This document shows, piece by piece, positions 47,831 through 58,343 of a stretch of DNA of 64,000 bases. The position numbers were made by a program, and so were the translations under genes. Below the pieces are notes generated by a model that did no database searches, was not told the origin of the DNA, and saw only the letters and a list, made by a program, of their open reading frames with translations. Origin of the DNA: Sphingomicrobium sp. GTDB lineage: Bacteria > Pseudomonadota > Alphaproteobacteria > Sphingomonadales > Sphingomonadaceae. Where the stretch lies: assembly GCA_036376635.1 (NCBI GenBank), contig DASUZY010000052.1:7905-71904 (forward strand), given 5' to 3'. Every line of letters starts with the position of its first letter. Position 1 is the stretch's first letter.

Positions 47831-49114
47831 ATGGCTGACTCGCTCCAATACATGACGGGTTTCGGCGCCCATTTCGAAACCGAAGCGGTGCCCGGCGCAC
47901 TCCCGAAGGGCCGCAATTCACCGCAGCGGCCGGCCTTCGGCCTCTATGCTGAGCAGCTGTCCGGCAGTAGCTTCACGTCCTCGCGTCATGAGAACCGCCG
48001 GTCCTGGCTGTACCGGATGCGCCCAACTGCGGATCACCGGCCTTACACCCGATACGACGGGGCGAAGCTCTTTGCGCCTGGAACCGTGAAGGAGCCGCTC
48101 GCTCCCAATCGACTGCGCTGGGATCCCCCCGGGGACCTGCCCCGAGATGCGGACTTCGTCGACGGCATGGTGACCATGCTGGCCAACCGCGATCCCGCCG
48201 ATCTCGAGGGCGTTGCGGTCCACGTCTATCGTGCCACCAAGAGCATGAAGCGCCGGGTCTTCGTTGACGCCGATGGTGAGCTGCTGATCATCCCCCAATC
48301 GGGCACACTACAAATCGCGACGGAGTTGGGCCGACTGGATGTTTCACCGGGAACCGTCGCCCTGATTCCCCGCGGCGTGAAGTTCCGGGTCGAGGTCGAG
48401 GGCGAAAGCCGCGGCTATGTCGCTGAGAACCATGGAGCGCCGTTGCGATTGCCTGAACTCGGACCGATCGGCTCAAATGGGCTCGCGAATTCGCGCGATT
48501 TCGAAACGCCGGTGGCCTGGTTCGAGGACAGGGATGAACCGACGGAGGTGATCCAGAAGTCGCTCGGCTCGCTGTGGACGACTATTCTCGATCATTCGCC
48601 GCTCGACGTGGTCGCCTGGCACGGCAATCTCGCGCCATACCGATATGATCTGTCGCGATTCAACGTGATCGGAACGATCAGCTACGATCACCCCGACCCA
48701 TCGATCTTCACCGTGCTTACGAGCCCAAGCGACGTGCCGGGACGGGCCAATGCCGATTTCGTCATCTTCCCGCCGCGCTGGATGGTGGGCGAGGACACGT
48801 TCCGCCCGCCCTGGTTCCACCGCAACGTGATGAGCGAGGCAATGGGGCTGATCTATGGCGCCTACGACGCCAAGGCTGATGGGTTTCAGCCTGGGGGCCT
48901 CAGCCTACACAATTTGATGAGCGGGCACGGTCCCGACGTGGAAAGCTGGCGCAAGGCGAGCGAGGCGGACCTCAAGCCCGTGAAGATCGAGGGAACAATG
49001 GCTTTCATGGTCGAGACGTGCTGGCCATATCGGCCGACGCAATTCGCGCTCGATCGCGCACAGCCAGACTACGACATGGCCTGGCATGGCTTTCCCAAGG
49101 CGAAGCTGCCGTGA
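47831..49114 (+). CDS. hmgA: Homogentisate 1,2-dioxygenase
   Basis: [54 protein letters not shown]. Confidence 0.95.
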   Translation: MADSLQYMTGFGAHFETEAVPGALPKGRNSPQRPAFGLYAEQLSGSSFTSSRHENRRSWLYRMRPTADHRPYTRYDGAKLFAPGTVKEPLAPNRLRWDPPGDLPRDADFVDGMVTMLANRDPADLEGVAVHVYRATKSMKRRVFVDADGELLIIPQSGTLQIATELGRLDVSPGTVALIPRGVKFRVEVEGESRGYVAENHGAPLRLPELGPIGSNGLANSRDFETPVAWFEDRDEPTEVIQKSLGSLWTTILDHSPLDVVAWHGNLAPYRYDLSRFNVIGTISYDHPDPSIFTVLTSPSDVPGRANADFVIFPPRWMVGEDTFRPPWFHRNVMSEAMGLIYGAYDAKADGFQPGGLSLHNLMSGHGPDVESWRKASEADLKPVKIEGTMAFMVETCWPYRPTQFALDRAQPDYDMAWHGFPKAKLP

Positions 49115-50382
49115 GTGACCTTTTGAGCTGGTGCGAGAGCGCGCAGGGTGGCGACTTCCCGATCCAGAACCTGCCGCTGGGAATCTTCTCCGTCGGCGAG
49201 CGCAGGCGTCGGGTAGGGGTGGCGATTGGCGACTATGTGCTCGACCTCGTGGCCATCGCCGATTTGCTGGACGAGGAGTGGCGGGAGGATCTGTCCCAGC
49301 CGGTGCTCAATAGCTGGCTGGCGCGCGGGCATGATGCGCAAGAAGCATTGCGCCAGCGTTTGCAGGAATTGCTGTCCGACGAACGGTACCGCGACGACGT
49401 CGAGCCGCAGCTTGTCGGCCAGACCGAGGTTAGGCTGCACGTGCCGTGCCTCATCGGCGACTACACCGACTTCTATGTCGGCATTCACCACGCGACGAAT
49501 GTCGGCAAGCAGTTCCGGCCCGACAATCCGCTGCTGCCCAACTATAAATATGTGCCGATAGGTTATCACGGCCGGGCGAGCTCGGTGCGCGCTTCGGGCG
49601 AGCCGGTGATCCGTCCCAACGGGCAGCGCAAGGCGCCGGACGCCGACGCTCCCGAATATGGCCCGAGCCGGCGTCTCGACTACGAGCTCGAACTCGGCAT
49701 CTGGATCGGGGAGGGGAACGAGCTCGGCTCTCCTATCCCGATCGGCGAGGCCAACGGGCATATCGCCGGATATTGCCTGCTCAACGATTGGTCCGCCCGC
49801 GACCTTCAGGCGTGGGAATACCAGCCGCTTGGGCCCTTCCTGGCCAAGAATTTCCTGACCAGCGTCAGTCCTTGGGTGGTGAGCCCGCAGGCCCTAGCGC
49901 CATTCCGGAAACCGATGCCGCCGCGCGCGAGCGGTGACCCCAGGCCGCTGCCCTATCTGGATGACCCCTTGGACCGCGAGGGCGGCGCGCTCGGGATTCA
50001 GTTGGAAGTCACGCTGTCGACTGAAAGGATGCGCCAGGATGGCATTTCGCCCCACATGCTTTCCGAAGGCTCAGCGGATGCCGCAATGTATTGGAGTGCA
50101 GCGCAGATCGTCACCCACCACAGCTCGAATGGCTGCAACCTTCAGCCCGGCGACCTGATCGGAACTGGAACCCTCTCAACCGACCGCGCCGACGGGCTGG
50201 GCTCGTTGCTCGAGATAAGTCAGGGCGGCAGGCAGCCCATTCAGCTGCCGACGGGCGAGACGCGCGCTTTCCTGGAGGATGGGGACGAAATCACGCTCAA
50301 AGCATGGTGTGAAGGCGCGGGCGCGGTTCGCATCGGATTCGGCGAGTGCGTTGGCCGGGTCGTTGCTTCAGGCCAGTCCTGA
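49111..50382 (+). CDS. fahA: Fumarylacetoacetase
   Basis: [14 protein letters not shown]...[47 protein letters not shown] 49111 overlaps the hmgA stop. Confidence 0.95.
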   Translation: MSDLLSWCESAQGGDFPIQNLPLGIFSVGERRRRVGVAIGDYVLDLVAIADLLDEEWREDLSQPVLNSWLARGHDAQEALRQRLQELLSDERYRDDVEPQLVGQTEVRLHVPCLIGDYTDFYVGIHHATNVGKQFRPDNPLLPNYKYVPIGYHGRASSVRASGEPVIRPNGQRKAPDADAPEYGPSRRLDYELELGIWIGEGNELGSPIPIGEANGHIAGYCLLNDWSARDLQAWEYQPLGPFLAKNFLTSVSPWVVSPQALAPFRKPMPPRASGDPRPLPYLDDPLDREGGALGIQLEVTLSTERMRQDGISPHMLSEGSADAAMYWSAAQIVTHHSSNGCNLQPGDLIGTGTLSTDRADGLGSLLEISQGGRQPIQLPTGETRAFLEDGDEITLKAWCEGAGAVRIGFGECVGRVVASGQS

Positions 50383-51297
50383 ACTTTCCGCCATCAGCTT
50401 CGTCACCCCGTACAGGCGATCCAGCGCCGGGGTCGGAATATCATGATGTCGGGCGATCTCGCGCGGCGCTCCTAGGAGTGCCTCAAGCTCGATCGGGCGA
50501 CCCGCCTCGACATCCTGCAGCATTGAGGTCTTGAACGCGCCGAGTCGGGCAGTCACCGCCATCCGGTCCTCGCCGCTCTCGCTGATCGGACAGCCAACCG
50601 CGGCGCCGATCGCCGCCAGCTCGGCCATTCCCTCCAGCATCCACGCGCGGCACTCTGGGTCGGTGAGGATGCGGTCGCAGGTGGTCCTCACTAGCGCCGA
50701 GAGCGGGTTGATCGTCGCATTACCCCAGAGCTTGTACCAGATTGCCCGGCGGATGTTGCCGGTCAGGTCGGGACGCAAGCCGGCCCGGTCCAGCAAGCCG
50801 AAAAGGCGTGCCGAACGCTCGCTCGTCTCGCCGTCCGGCTCACCGATCAACAGCTTGTCGGTGTGATTGACGGTGATGCTGCCGGGGCCGGTCCTGCGGC
50901 AGGAGGCGTGAACGACGCATCCGACGATCCGCTCGAATGGCAGTGCCGTGGCGATGATGCCCTCCGGGTCGACCGAGCGCAGGTTCACGCCCTCGACGAA
51001 CCACCACGGGACGCCATTCAGCATGGGTACGACGAACGAGTCAGGTCCGATCAGACTTCTCGAAGCCTCGGCAGCGGACGCCAGCGCTGTGGCCTTTACC
51101 GCGACGATGAGCACGTCCGCCGAGCCCTCAAGACGGGCCAGCCTGGCATTGTGCGTGTCGTTACCTTCTGACAGGTCGATCGAGGTCAGCGGGCCGGAGC
51201 TGGTCAACGCCATCACGCGCTCACCGGCGAGCGCCAACCTCGCGGCCACCCAGCCGCCGATCGCTCCCGCGCCGACAACGCAAATGTTCATTGCCAT
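50368..51297 (-). CDS. panE: 2-dehydropantoate 2-reductase family
   Basis: VVGAGAIGG, AVKA, WYKLWGN, TSMLQD...E.E. Confidence 0.8.
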   Translation of the reverse strand: MAMNICVVGAGAIGGWVAARLALAGERVMALTSSGPLTSIDLSEGNDTHNARLARLEGSADVLIVAVKATALASAAEASRSLIGPDSFVVPMLNGVPWWFVEGVNLRSVDPEGIIATALPFERIVGCVVHASCRRTGPGSITVNHTDKLLIGEPDGETSERSARLFGLLDRAGLRPDLTGNIRRAIWYKLWGNATINPLSALVRTTCDRILTDPECRAWMLEGMAELAAIGAAVGCPISESGEDRMAVTARLGAFKTSMLQDVEAGRPIELEALLGAPREIARHHDIPTPALDRLYGVTKLMAESSGLA

Positions 51298-51340
51298 GCC
51301 GATGGGCTAAGAAGCAGCCTCCGGGCAAGGGGGTTGCCGA

Positions 51341-52048
51341 ATGATCTTCCGCCAATTGTTTGAGCCGCAATCGTCGACGTACACCTACCTGCTCGCCTGC
51401 GAGGAAACGCGCGAGGCAGTACTGATCGACCCCGTCGTCGAAGCCGTCGACCGCGATCTCGCGCTCCTCGCCCAACTGGGCTTGACGCTGAAATATACGC
51501 TCGAAACGCACATTCACGCCGACCACGTGACGGGCGCGGCCCGGCTGCGGGACGAGACCGGCAGCCAGGCTGGCGTTCCCGAGAGGAGTGGCGCGGACCA
51601 TGTCGACTTGCCGGTTCGCGAGGGTGAGTCGCTCAGGATTGGAAGCCTTGAGCTACAGCCGCTCTACACACCCGGTCACACGGACGACCATCACGCATAT
51701 CTCGTCCGGACTTCGGATGGAGCACGCGTCTTCACTGGCGATGCGCTCATGATCGATGGTTGCGGGCGCACCGATTTTCAGAACGGGGATGCGGCGACGC
51801 TCTATCGGTCCGTGCACGACAAGCTGTTCGGCCTGCCTGACGATACATTGGTCTACCCTGGACACGATTATCAGCAGCGCCGGGTCAGCAGCATCGGCCA
51901 GGAAAAGGCCCGCAATCCCCGGCTCGGCGCGGACAGGACCATTGAGGAATTCGTCGCAATTATGGAGGGGCTTAACCTGCCGCGGCCCAAAAAAATGGAC
52001 GTCGCCGTCCCCGCCAACCGTGAATGCGGGGAGGTCCAGACGGCCTGA
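51341..52048 (+). CDS. MBL-fold hydrolase, persulfide dioxygenase (ETHE1)-like
   Basis: SSTYTYLL, ETHIHADHVTG, TPGHT, GCGRTDFQ, YPGHDY, VPAN..CG. Confidence 0.88.
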   Translation: MIFRQLFEPQSSTYTYLLACEETREAVLIDPVVEAVDRDLALLAQLGLTLKYTLETHIHADHVTGAARLRDETGSQAGVPERSGADHVDLPVREGESLRIGSLELQPLYTPGHTDDHHAYLVRTSDGARVFTGDALMIDGCGRTDFQNGDAATLYRSVHDKLFGLPDDTLVYPGHDYQQRRVSSIGQEKARNPRLGADRTIEEFVAIMEGLNLPRPKKMDVAVPANRECGEVQTA

Positions 52049-52116
52049 ATCCGGTGAACCGCTAGTGAACGAAAGGTCATTGGCAGCGGGGTAGGTTTCG
52101 GATTAGCGGCAAGGAC

Positions 52117-55100
52117 ATGGCCGCCGACCGGCAGATATTCTACGATCCGTCCGGACGTCGGCGGAAGCGCTTCACGCTCGCGATCATCCTGTTCGCGGTG
52201 TTGATCCTTCTCAGCTCTGTCGCCCTGTTCGCGACAGTCTTCGTCGGTCCGGTCCAGCCGCCGTTGCCGGTCGCGCTCGAACATGGTCAGGCGCAGCGCC
52301 CGCCAACGACGACTTTGCTCGCCAGGACAAGCCGTCAACTGAACCTTGCCATCAGACGCTTCCTCGGGACCCAGCCGCCGAGCGCTCGAAGGGTCGGAGC
52401 GCGCAAAGCTACGGCCGTCGCTACCGCGATGAGCAGGCCGCTCTACGTTGGCTTTTACGGTCCGTGGGACGAAAGCTCGCGCGCCTCGCTGCAGCGGCAC
52501 ATCGGTGACCTCGACTGGCTTGCACCGGTGTGGGTCACGGTCACCGGCCCGACTCATCAGTTCGCGGTACTTCCCGACCCGAGCGGCCGGGCAATCATCA
52601 ACAGTGCTCAGCATCGGCCCCTGATCCTGCCGGTCGTGCAGAATTTCTCCAACGGGCAAGTCGACGCCACCGGTGCAGCCTCCCTGTTAGCCGACCCCCG
52701 CGCGCGGCGTCATTTTCTCGATCAGCTTGAGCCGTTCCTCGCCGCCAACAACGCGTCGGGCGCCGTGTTCGACTTCGAGCAGCTCGATGCGGTCGGACGG
52801 CAACATTACCTCGAGTTACTTCGAGAGGCCCGGCAGCGGTTCGCCAAGCACAACTGGCTGATCACCGTCGCGGTGCCGGTGGGGGAGCCGTGGGATTTGC
52901 GCCGGTTCGCTGCCGAGGCGGACAAGCTGTTCATCATGGCTTATGATGAACATTCGAACGACGGCCCGCCGGGCCCGATCGCTTCACAGCAATGGTGGGT
53001 AAGCGTCGTCGCTGCTGCAATGCGGCAGCTTCCGCGCGACAAGATCATCGTCACCATAGGCAACTATGGCTACGATTGGCACGACAATGGCGGTGATCCC
53101 GACGATGTCGAGGAGGCCTGGGTCGACGCGGGGGACAGCGACGCGCCGCCGGTCTTCGACCGCGTGTCAGGCAACAGTACTTTCGCTTATGACGACGAAA
53201 ACGGCCATTCGCACACCGTCTGGTTGCTCGACGCAATAAGCGCCTTCAATCAGCTGACCTTGCTTGATCGTGCCGGTATCCGCGACGTCGCGGTTTGGAA
53301 GCTCGGCTCAGAGGATCCGGGCTTGTGGTCGATCTTCGGGCGCAATGTTGCTCTGCCCCGAAATGCTGCCGGCCTCACTCACCTCGCGCAGGGCACCAAC
53401 GTCGATATCGAGGGCCCGGGGGAGATTCTTCGAGTCACCGCCCTTCCGACTCCCGGTGAGCGCCGCGTCACGCTTGGTGCGAACGGACTCATCTCAAATG
53501 TCGACTTCCTTCGAGTGCCACGACCGTGGACCATCGCTCGGAGCGGCTACAGGCCGGGCCTGGTCGCGTTGACCTTCGACGATGGACCAGACGCGCGCTG
53601 GACACCTCTGGTTCTCGACATCCTCAAGGCCAAGCACGTGCCGGCAACCTTTTTCATCGTCGGCGAGAATGCGCTAACCGAGCGGGGGCTGCTCCAGCGC
53701 ATGATCCGCGAGGGCCACGAAGTCGGCAGCCACACCTATACCCACCCCAATCTCGCGACCGTTGGCAAAACCCAGACGCTGTTTGAACTGAACGCCACTC
53801 AACGTCTGTTCGAGGCATTCACGGGTCACACGCTCAAGCTGTTCCGTGCGCCGTTTTTTGGCGACGCTGAGCCGACCACGGCAGATGAAATCCTGCCGGC
53901 CTGGGAGGCCCAGAATCGGGGTTACATCTCCGTTGGCCTGCACGTCGATAGCGAGGACTGGCAGCGACCGGGTGTTCCCGCGATCATCAACAACGTCCTC
54001 TCCCGCATCGAAAGCGCGCCCCCAGTCTGTAATGACGATTCTGATTCACAATGCAGCCGCAACGTCGTGCTGCTTCACGATTCCGGCGGCGACCGGAGTG
54101 AGACGATAGCCGCTCTGCCAATCCTCATCGATACCTTGCGCGCCAAGGGTTACCGGTTTGTAGCGGTGTCCGAACTCGCCGGATTATCGCCGAGCCAGGC
54201 GATGCCGCCTCTGTCACCGTCGGATCATCTCGCCGCCCGTGTCGACCTCGGTTTGTTCGAGTTCCTGTCCTTCCTGATCAAGGCGCTTGGCTTCCTGTTC
54301 GCGGCGGCAATCACGTTGGGAGTGGGCCGCGCTCTGGTGCTGACGGGCCTCGCGCTCGTGTCTGCGTGGAAGGAACTGCGTCAACAGCGGCCCCCGATCG
54401 ATCCCGAGACATTCGTGAGCGTCCTCATCCCCGCCTACAATGAAGAGCGGGTGATCGAGCGGTCGGTTTCCGGTGTGCTCGCGAGCGAGAATGTTCGCCT
54501 CGAAGTAATCGTCATCGACGATGGTTCAAAAGACCGCACATCCGAGATCGTGGAGCGACTGTTCGCGAACGAACCGCGAGTGCGCCTCATCAAGCTGGAA
54601 AACGGGGGCAAGGCGCGCGCGCTCAATCACGGTCTCGCGGTTGCGAAGAGTGACATTGTCGTCGCGCTCGACGCCGATACTCAGTTCGAGCCGAACACGA
54701 TCGCCCGGCTCGCTCGCTGGTTCGCTGCCGACGAGCGGCTCGCAGCCGTTGCCGGCAATGCCAAGGTTGGTAATCGAATCAATATCGTCACCAAGTGGCA
54801 GGCGCTGGAGTACATCACCGCCCAGAACCTCGAACGGCGCGCGCTGGCGAAGCTCGGCGCGATGACCGTAGTGCCGGGAGCCGTCGGAGCTTGGCGCAAG
54901 CAGGCGATCACGGAGGTTGGCGGCTATCCGCCGGAGACTCTTGCCGAGGACCAGGACCTGACCATCGCGGTCCAGCGTGACGGCTGGCATGTCGCATATG
55001 ACCAGAGCGCGGTCGCCTGGACCGAGGCGCCGCAGTCCTTCCGCCAGCTTGCCCGTCAACGATTCCGCTGGGCGTTCGGCACGATCCAATGCGTGTGGAA

Positions 55101-55545
55101 GCACAAGGCGATCATGGCCAAGGGGCGGCCTCGCGGGCTGGCCTTCATCGGACTGCCCCAGACCATCCTGTTCCAGCTGCTTTTCGCGCTCGTCTCGCCG
55201 ATCATCGATCTGGCTTTGTTCGTGAACATCTTTAGTACCGTGACGTCGATTCATGAGCACGGCTACACCGCCGTCAAAGGCGATCTGCATCGGGTTGCAT
55301 TGTTCTGGCTACTCTTCGCCGCGATCGACATCACGGCCGGCCTCATCGCCTTCGCGCTCGAGCGGCGCGAGAATTGGAAGCTGATGGTGTGGCTCGTGCC
55401 CCAGCGCTTCGGCTACCGGCAGGTGATGTATTACGTGGTGATCAAGGCGGTCATCCAGGCGCTTCGCGGCCCTCGGGTCGGCTGGTCGTCGGTGGCTCGC
55501 TCAGGCCAGGCCCTGGGGCCTGCGAAGGGGCGCAAGAAGGCCTGA
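52117..55545 (+). CDS. GH18-like / NodB polysaccharide deacetylase / processive GT2 fusion
   Basis: GH18-like VFDFE and IMAYDEH; NodB motifs TFDDGPD, HTYTHP, LLHD; GT2 DDGS, DAD, ED, QRFRW; C-terminal TM helices. Confidence 0.9.
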   Translation: MAADRQIFYDPSGRRRKRFTLAIILFAVLILLSSVALFATVFVGPVQPPLPVALEHGQAQRPPTTTLLARTSRQLNLAIRRFLGTQPPSARRVGARKATAVATAMSRPLYVGFYGPWDESSRASLQRHIGDLDWLAPVWVTVTGPTHQFAVLPDPSGRAIINSAQHRPLILPVVQNFSNGQVDATGAASLLADPRARRHFLDQLEPFLAANNASGAVFDFEQLDAVGRQHYLELLREARQRFAKHNWLITVAVPVGEPWDLRRFAAEADKLFIMAYDEHSNDGPPGPIASQQWWVSVVAAAMRQLPRDKIIVTIGNYGYDWHDNGGDPDDVEEAWVDAGDSDAPPVFDRVSGNSTFAYDDENGHSHTVWLLDAISAFNQLTLLDRAGIRDVAVWKLGSEDPGLWSIFGRNVALPRNAAGLTHLAQGTNVDIEGPGEILRVTALPTPGERRVTLGANGLISNVDFLRVPRPWTIARSGYRPGLVALTFDDGPDARWTPLVLDILKAKHVPATFFIVGENALTERGLLQRMIREGHEVGSHTYTHPNLATVGKTQTLFELNATQRLFEAFTGHTLKLFRAPFFGDAEPTTADEILPAWEAQNRGYISVGLHVDSEDWQRPGVPAIINNVLSRIESAPPVCNDDSDSQCSRNVVLLHDSGGDRSETIAALPILIDTLRAKGYRFVAVSELAGLSPSQAMPPLSPSDHLAARVDLGLFEFLSFLIKALGFLFAAAITLGVGRALVLTGLALVSAWKELRQQRPPIDPETFVSVLIPAYNEERVIERSVSGVLASENVRLEVIVIDDGSKDRTSEIVERLFANEPRVRLIKLENGGKARALNHGLAVAKSDIVVALDADTQFEPNTIARLARWFAADERLAAVAGNAKVGNRINIVTKWQALEYITAQNLERRALAKLGAMTVVPGAVGAWRKQAITEVGGYPPETLAEDQDLTIAVQRDGWHVAYDQSAVAWTEAPQSFRQLARQRFRWAFGTIQCVWKHKAIMAKGRPRGLAFIGLPQTILFQLLFALVSPIIDLALFVNIFSTVTSIHEHGYTAVKGDLHRVALFWLLFAAIDITAGLIAFALERRENWKLMVWLVPQRFGYRQVMYYVVIKAVIQALRGPRVGWSSVARSGQALGPAKGRKKA

Positions 55546-55555
55546 CTCAGCTGCT

Positions 55556-56572
55556 TCAGGCCGCCAGCCAGTGATCGAGGTCGCGTTTCACCAGCTGGGA
55601 TAACAGCGTCACGTCCTTGCGGAACATGTCACGCATCTCGCCGAGGACGCCCTTGCCGACCTTCGGAGTGGCGGCAGGGATGCGGTTCCAGTCGATGATC
55701 TTGGCGCGGATATCCATGATCTTGTCGAGCAGCGGGCTGGGCTTGCCGACGCCTTCGACCATGACCTGGAGATCCTCCGGATCGAACAGCCACATGGCGG
55801 CGCGCGGCGGACGCTTCATCAGGCGGTGGATCCAGGCGACCCGGCAATCCTTGCTCTCGGCATGCCGCTCGAAATCCGTGCGATTGTCGTCCGGCAGCTC
55901 CAGGAACTCGAGCACGCGACGATATTCCGCCCCCGGATCCTTCTTGAAATCATCGAAGATCGAGACGTGGCATCGCTCCGGACCGACAATCTCGAGGAAG
56001 CGCTCGAGGTGCTTCCCGAGCTGGCCGGCCTCCCAATAGTCGAGGAAACGCGGATCGATGCAGGTCCGCGGGATGGCCTCGCCCTTCCGCCGCTTTGGCA
56101 CCAGCGACCAGGCACGATCGAACTGCCGCTCGGTCTCATCGCCGTTGTAGAACAGGCGCTGATGGAGCGATGGCACCATCTGCAGCGGATTGCGCAGGCA
56201 GATGATGAACTTGGCGCGCGGCCACAGCCGAAGGATCGGCTCAAGCTGCTCGGGCCCGTAGAAATAACTGACCGAGCCTTCCGCGAGCAGCGAGTTCGGA
56301 GTGCGGTCGCGGAAATATAGATCGAGATACTTGCTCTGCACCGTCTGGCGAAGCTCGTCGATTGGCTGGCCGCGAAGGTCGTGACGAAGGAAGAAATGCG
56401 GTTCCTTCGGCGTCGAGAAGCAGATGTCGGGATGGCCGCGAAGATATTCGGACAGCGCGGTCGTGCCGCAGCGCGGCGCGCCGACAATGAACGCCCATCG
56501 CGAAGTTTCATCCAACCCGGGAGTTAAAGCCCACCGTTCCACCAAGACACCTCGTTCCCCAGATTTCGCCAA
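55556..56572 (-). CDS. Sulfotransferase family protein
   Basis: FIVGAPRCGTT, HPDICFSTPKEPHFF, EGSVSY, LRNP..MVPSLH. Start uncertain. Confidence 0.9.
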   Translation of the reverse strand: MAKSGERGVLVERWALTPGLDETSRWAFIVGAPRCGTTALSEYLRGHPDICFSTPKEPHFFLRHDLRGQPIDELRQTVQSKYLDLYFRDRTPNSLLAEGSVSYFYGPEQLEPILRLWPRAKFIICLRNPLQMVPSLHQRLFYNGDETERQFDRAWSLVPKRRKGEAIPRTCIDPRFLDYWEAGQLGKHLERFLEIVGPERCHVSIFDDFKKDPGAEYRRVLEFLELPDDNRTDFERHAESKDCRVAWIHRLMKRPPRAAMWLFDPEDLQVMVEGVGKPSPLLDKIMDIRAKIIDWNRIPAATPKVGKGVLGEMRDMFRKDVTLLSQLVKRDLDHWLAA

Positions 56573-56692
56573 TGCTTACAAGCTAAACTAAGGTTAATGT
56601 ACAGGACCCGGCCGCTCCATGTGACCGGATAATGGCATGACAATGGCGAACGGATGCGTTCGCGATCAAATCACCTCGACGAAGATATGGAG

Positions 56693-56768
56693 TGGTGCCG
56701 CTTGCGTGACTCGAACACGCGACCCCATCATTACGAATGATGTGCTCTACCAGCTGAGCTAAAGCGGC
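56693..56768 (-). tRNA. tRNA-Thr (anticodon CGT)
   Basis: 76-nt cloverleaf on the minus strand; catca-TT-CGT-AA-tgatg; encoded CCA. Confidence 0.95.
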
Positions 56769-56916
56769 TTGTTTCCCGGAAGGTGCGGCGCGCCCTATCA
56801 GCGCTTCACGACCCTCGCAAGCTTGGCCTTTTGGCTAACGGTTTATGCTTAACGCTTTGGTAACGCGGCTCCTCCATTTTCGCCGCGGGACTGGAGAGCG
56901 GGAACACGCCTAAACC

Positions 56917-58260
56917 ATGGATAGCTATCGCGAACATCCGAGCGACTACGACCTGCCGGCATCCGAGCCGTCGCAGGCGCCTGCCGATGTGTCCGCGGCC
57001 ATTGGCACCGATGAGCGCCGAATGCATGTCCGGGCCTACAATTACTGGGTCTCGCTACTCGACGGCCGCGACTTTCCATCCATCGAGGATTTGCAGCCGG
57101 CGGACGTCGAGGATTTCGCGGCGCACAGCGTACTGCTCGATTTCACCTGCGGGCGGGACAATCCCGCAATCCCCTATGTCGGCGGAGCAATCCGGGAGGA
57201 ATGCGCGCTCGACGAGACGATGGGGACCATCGCCGACGTGCCCAGCCGTTCGTTGCTGTCGCGGCTGACCGATCACTACATGCAGATCATCGCCAACCGG
57301 TCGCCCGTGGGGTTCGAGGCCGAGTTCGAAAATCCGATGGGAGATTCGATCTGCTACCGCGGGATCCTGATGCCGTTCTCGTCGGACGGCGAAGCCATCG
57401 ACTTCATCTACGGGGTGATCAACTGGAAGCGGGTCGATACCGAAATGCCTCCGGCCGCCGTGCCTCCGGAGACGCCGGCGATCGAGATTGCCGGGATCGA
57501 GGAGGTGCCGGCCGAAACCTACTCAGCCGATGAGACGCTCGAGCTGACCAACCCGTTCGTTCCGGAACCCGAACCTGCGGCCGAAGCGCCCGAACCCCAG
57601 CCGGAGCCGGTGCAAGCGGTCCACTTCTCGTGGGAAGACGCCCCGAGCGGCGATGACGAGGATGTCGCCGTGACCCTCGACGAGGATGCCGGCCTGGCCG
57701 ATCGCCTGTGGGCCGCACGCGAAACCGCGGAGTCTGTGAAGGCGGGCGAGGGCCGTACCCGTGCCGCGCTCTACAAGGCATTGTCGCTGGCATATGATTT
57801 CGCCGTCGCAGCCCAGCAGAACCCCGGCGAATATGCCGAGTTGCTCGAGGAATCGGGCGTGAGGGCGCAGGCCCGGGCTCCGATGACTCCGATCGTCAAA
57901 CTCGTCTTCGGAATCGACTATGACAAGGCGCGCTTGACGGAATTTGCGGCGGCGCTGTCCTATGCGCAGCGCCAGGAAGTCGCGCCTGGCGCGTTCCAGG
58001 ATTTCATCGAGAAACATGCCGGTGGGCTCAAGGGCCTGGTCTCGGCCGAGCGGCAGGCGCGCCGGCCAGAACCGAAGGCGGATTCGAAAGGCGAGATCGC
58101 ACGCAATCGACTGCGGGCGGCGCCTGTAGTCTCACTGAGCGAGGTTCAGGAGGAGTTCGCTCTCGTCGTCACCCGGCGGAACGCGGACGGCACCCATGAG
58201 CCGGTTGCGATCGTCGAAGACGAAGCGCTCGTCGAACGAGCCATTCGCCGCGTCGGCTGA
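56917..58260 (+). CDS. Hypothetical protein: N-terminal PAS-like domain, acidic linker, helical C-domain
   Basis: RAYNYWVSLLDGRDFPSIEDL...YRGILMPFSSDG...IYGVINW resembles PAS_5-type domains; Glu/Pro-rich linker. Confidence 0.7.
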   Translation: MDSYREHPSDYDLPASEPSQAPADVSAAIGTDERRMHVRAYNYWVSLLDGRDFPSIEDLQPADVEDFAAHSVLLDFTCGRDNPAIPYVGGAIREECALDETMGTIADVPSRSLLSRLTDHYMQIIANRSPVGFEAEFENPMGDSICYRGILMPFSSDGEAIDFIYGVINWKRVDTEMPPAAVPPETPAIEIAGIEEVPAETYSADETLELTNPFVPEPEPAAEAPEPQPEPVQAVHFSWEDAPSGDDEDVAVTLDEDAGLADRLWAARETAESVKAGEGRTRAALYKALSLAYDFAVAAQQNPGEYAELLEESGVRAQARAPMTPIVKLVFGIDYDKARLTEFAAALSYAQRQEVAPGAFQDFIEKHAGGLKGLVSAERQARRPEPKADSKGEIARNRLRAAPVVSLSEVQEEFALVVTRRNADGTHEPVAIVEDEALVERAIRRVG

Positions 58261-58343
58261 CTGCGGGGAGCGGGGTTGTCGCGCTGTTGAGGCCGGGTCT
58301 ATAGGCCCGCCGGTCTCACAGTTTCCCGGAGCTAATTCCCTTC

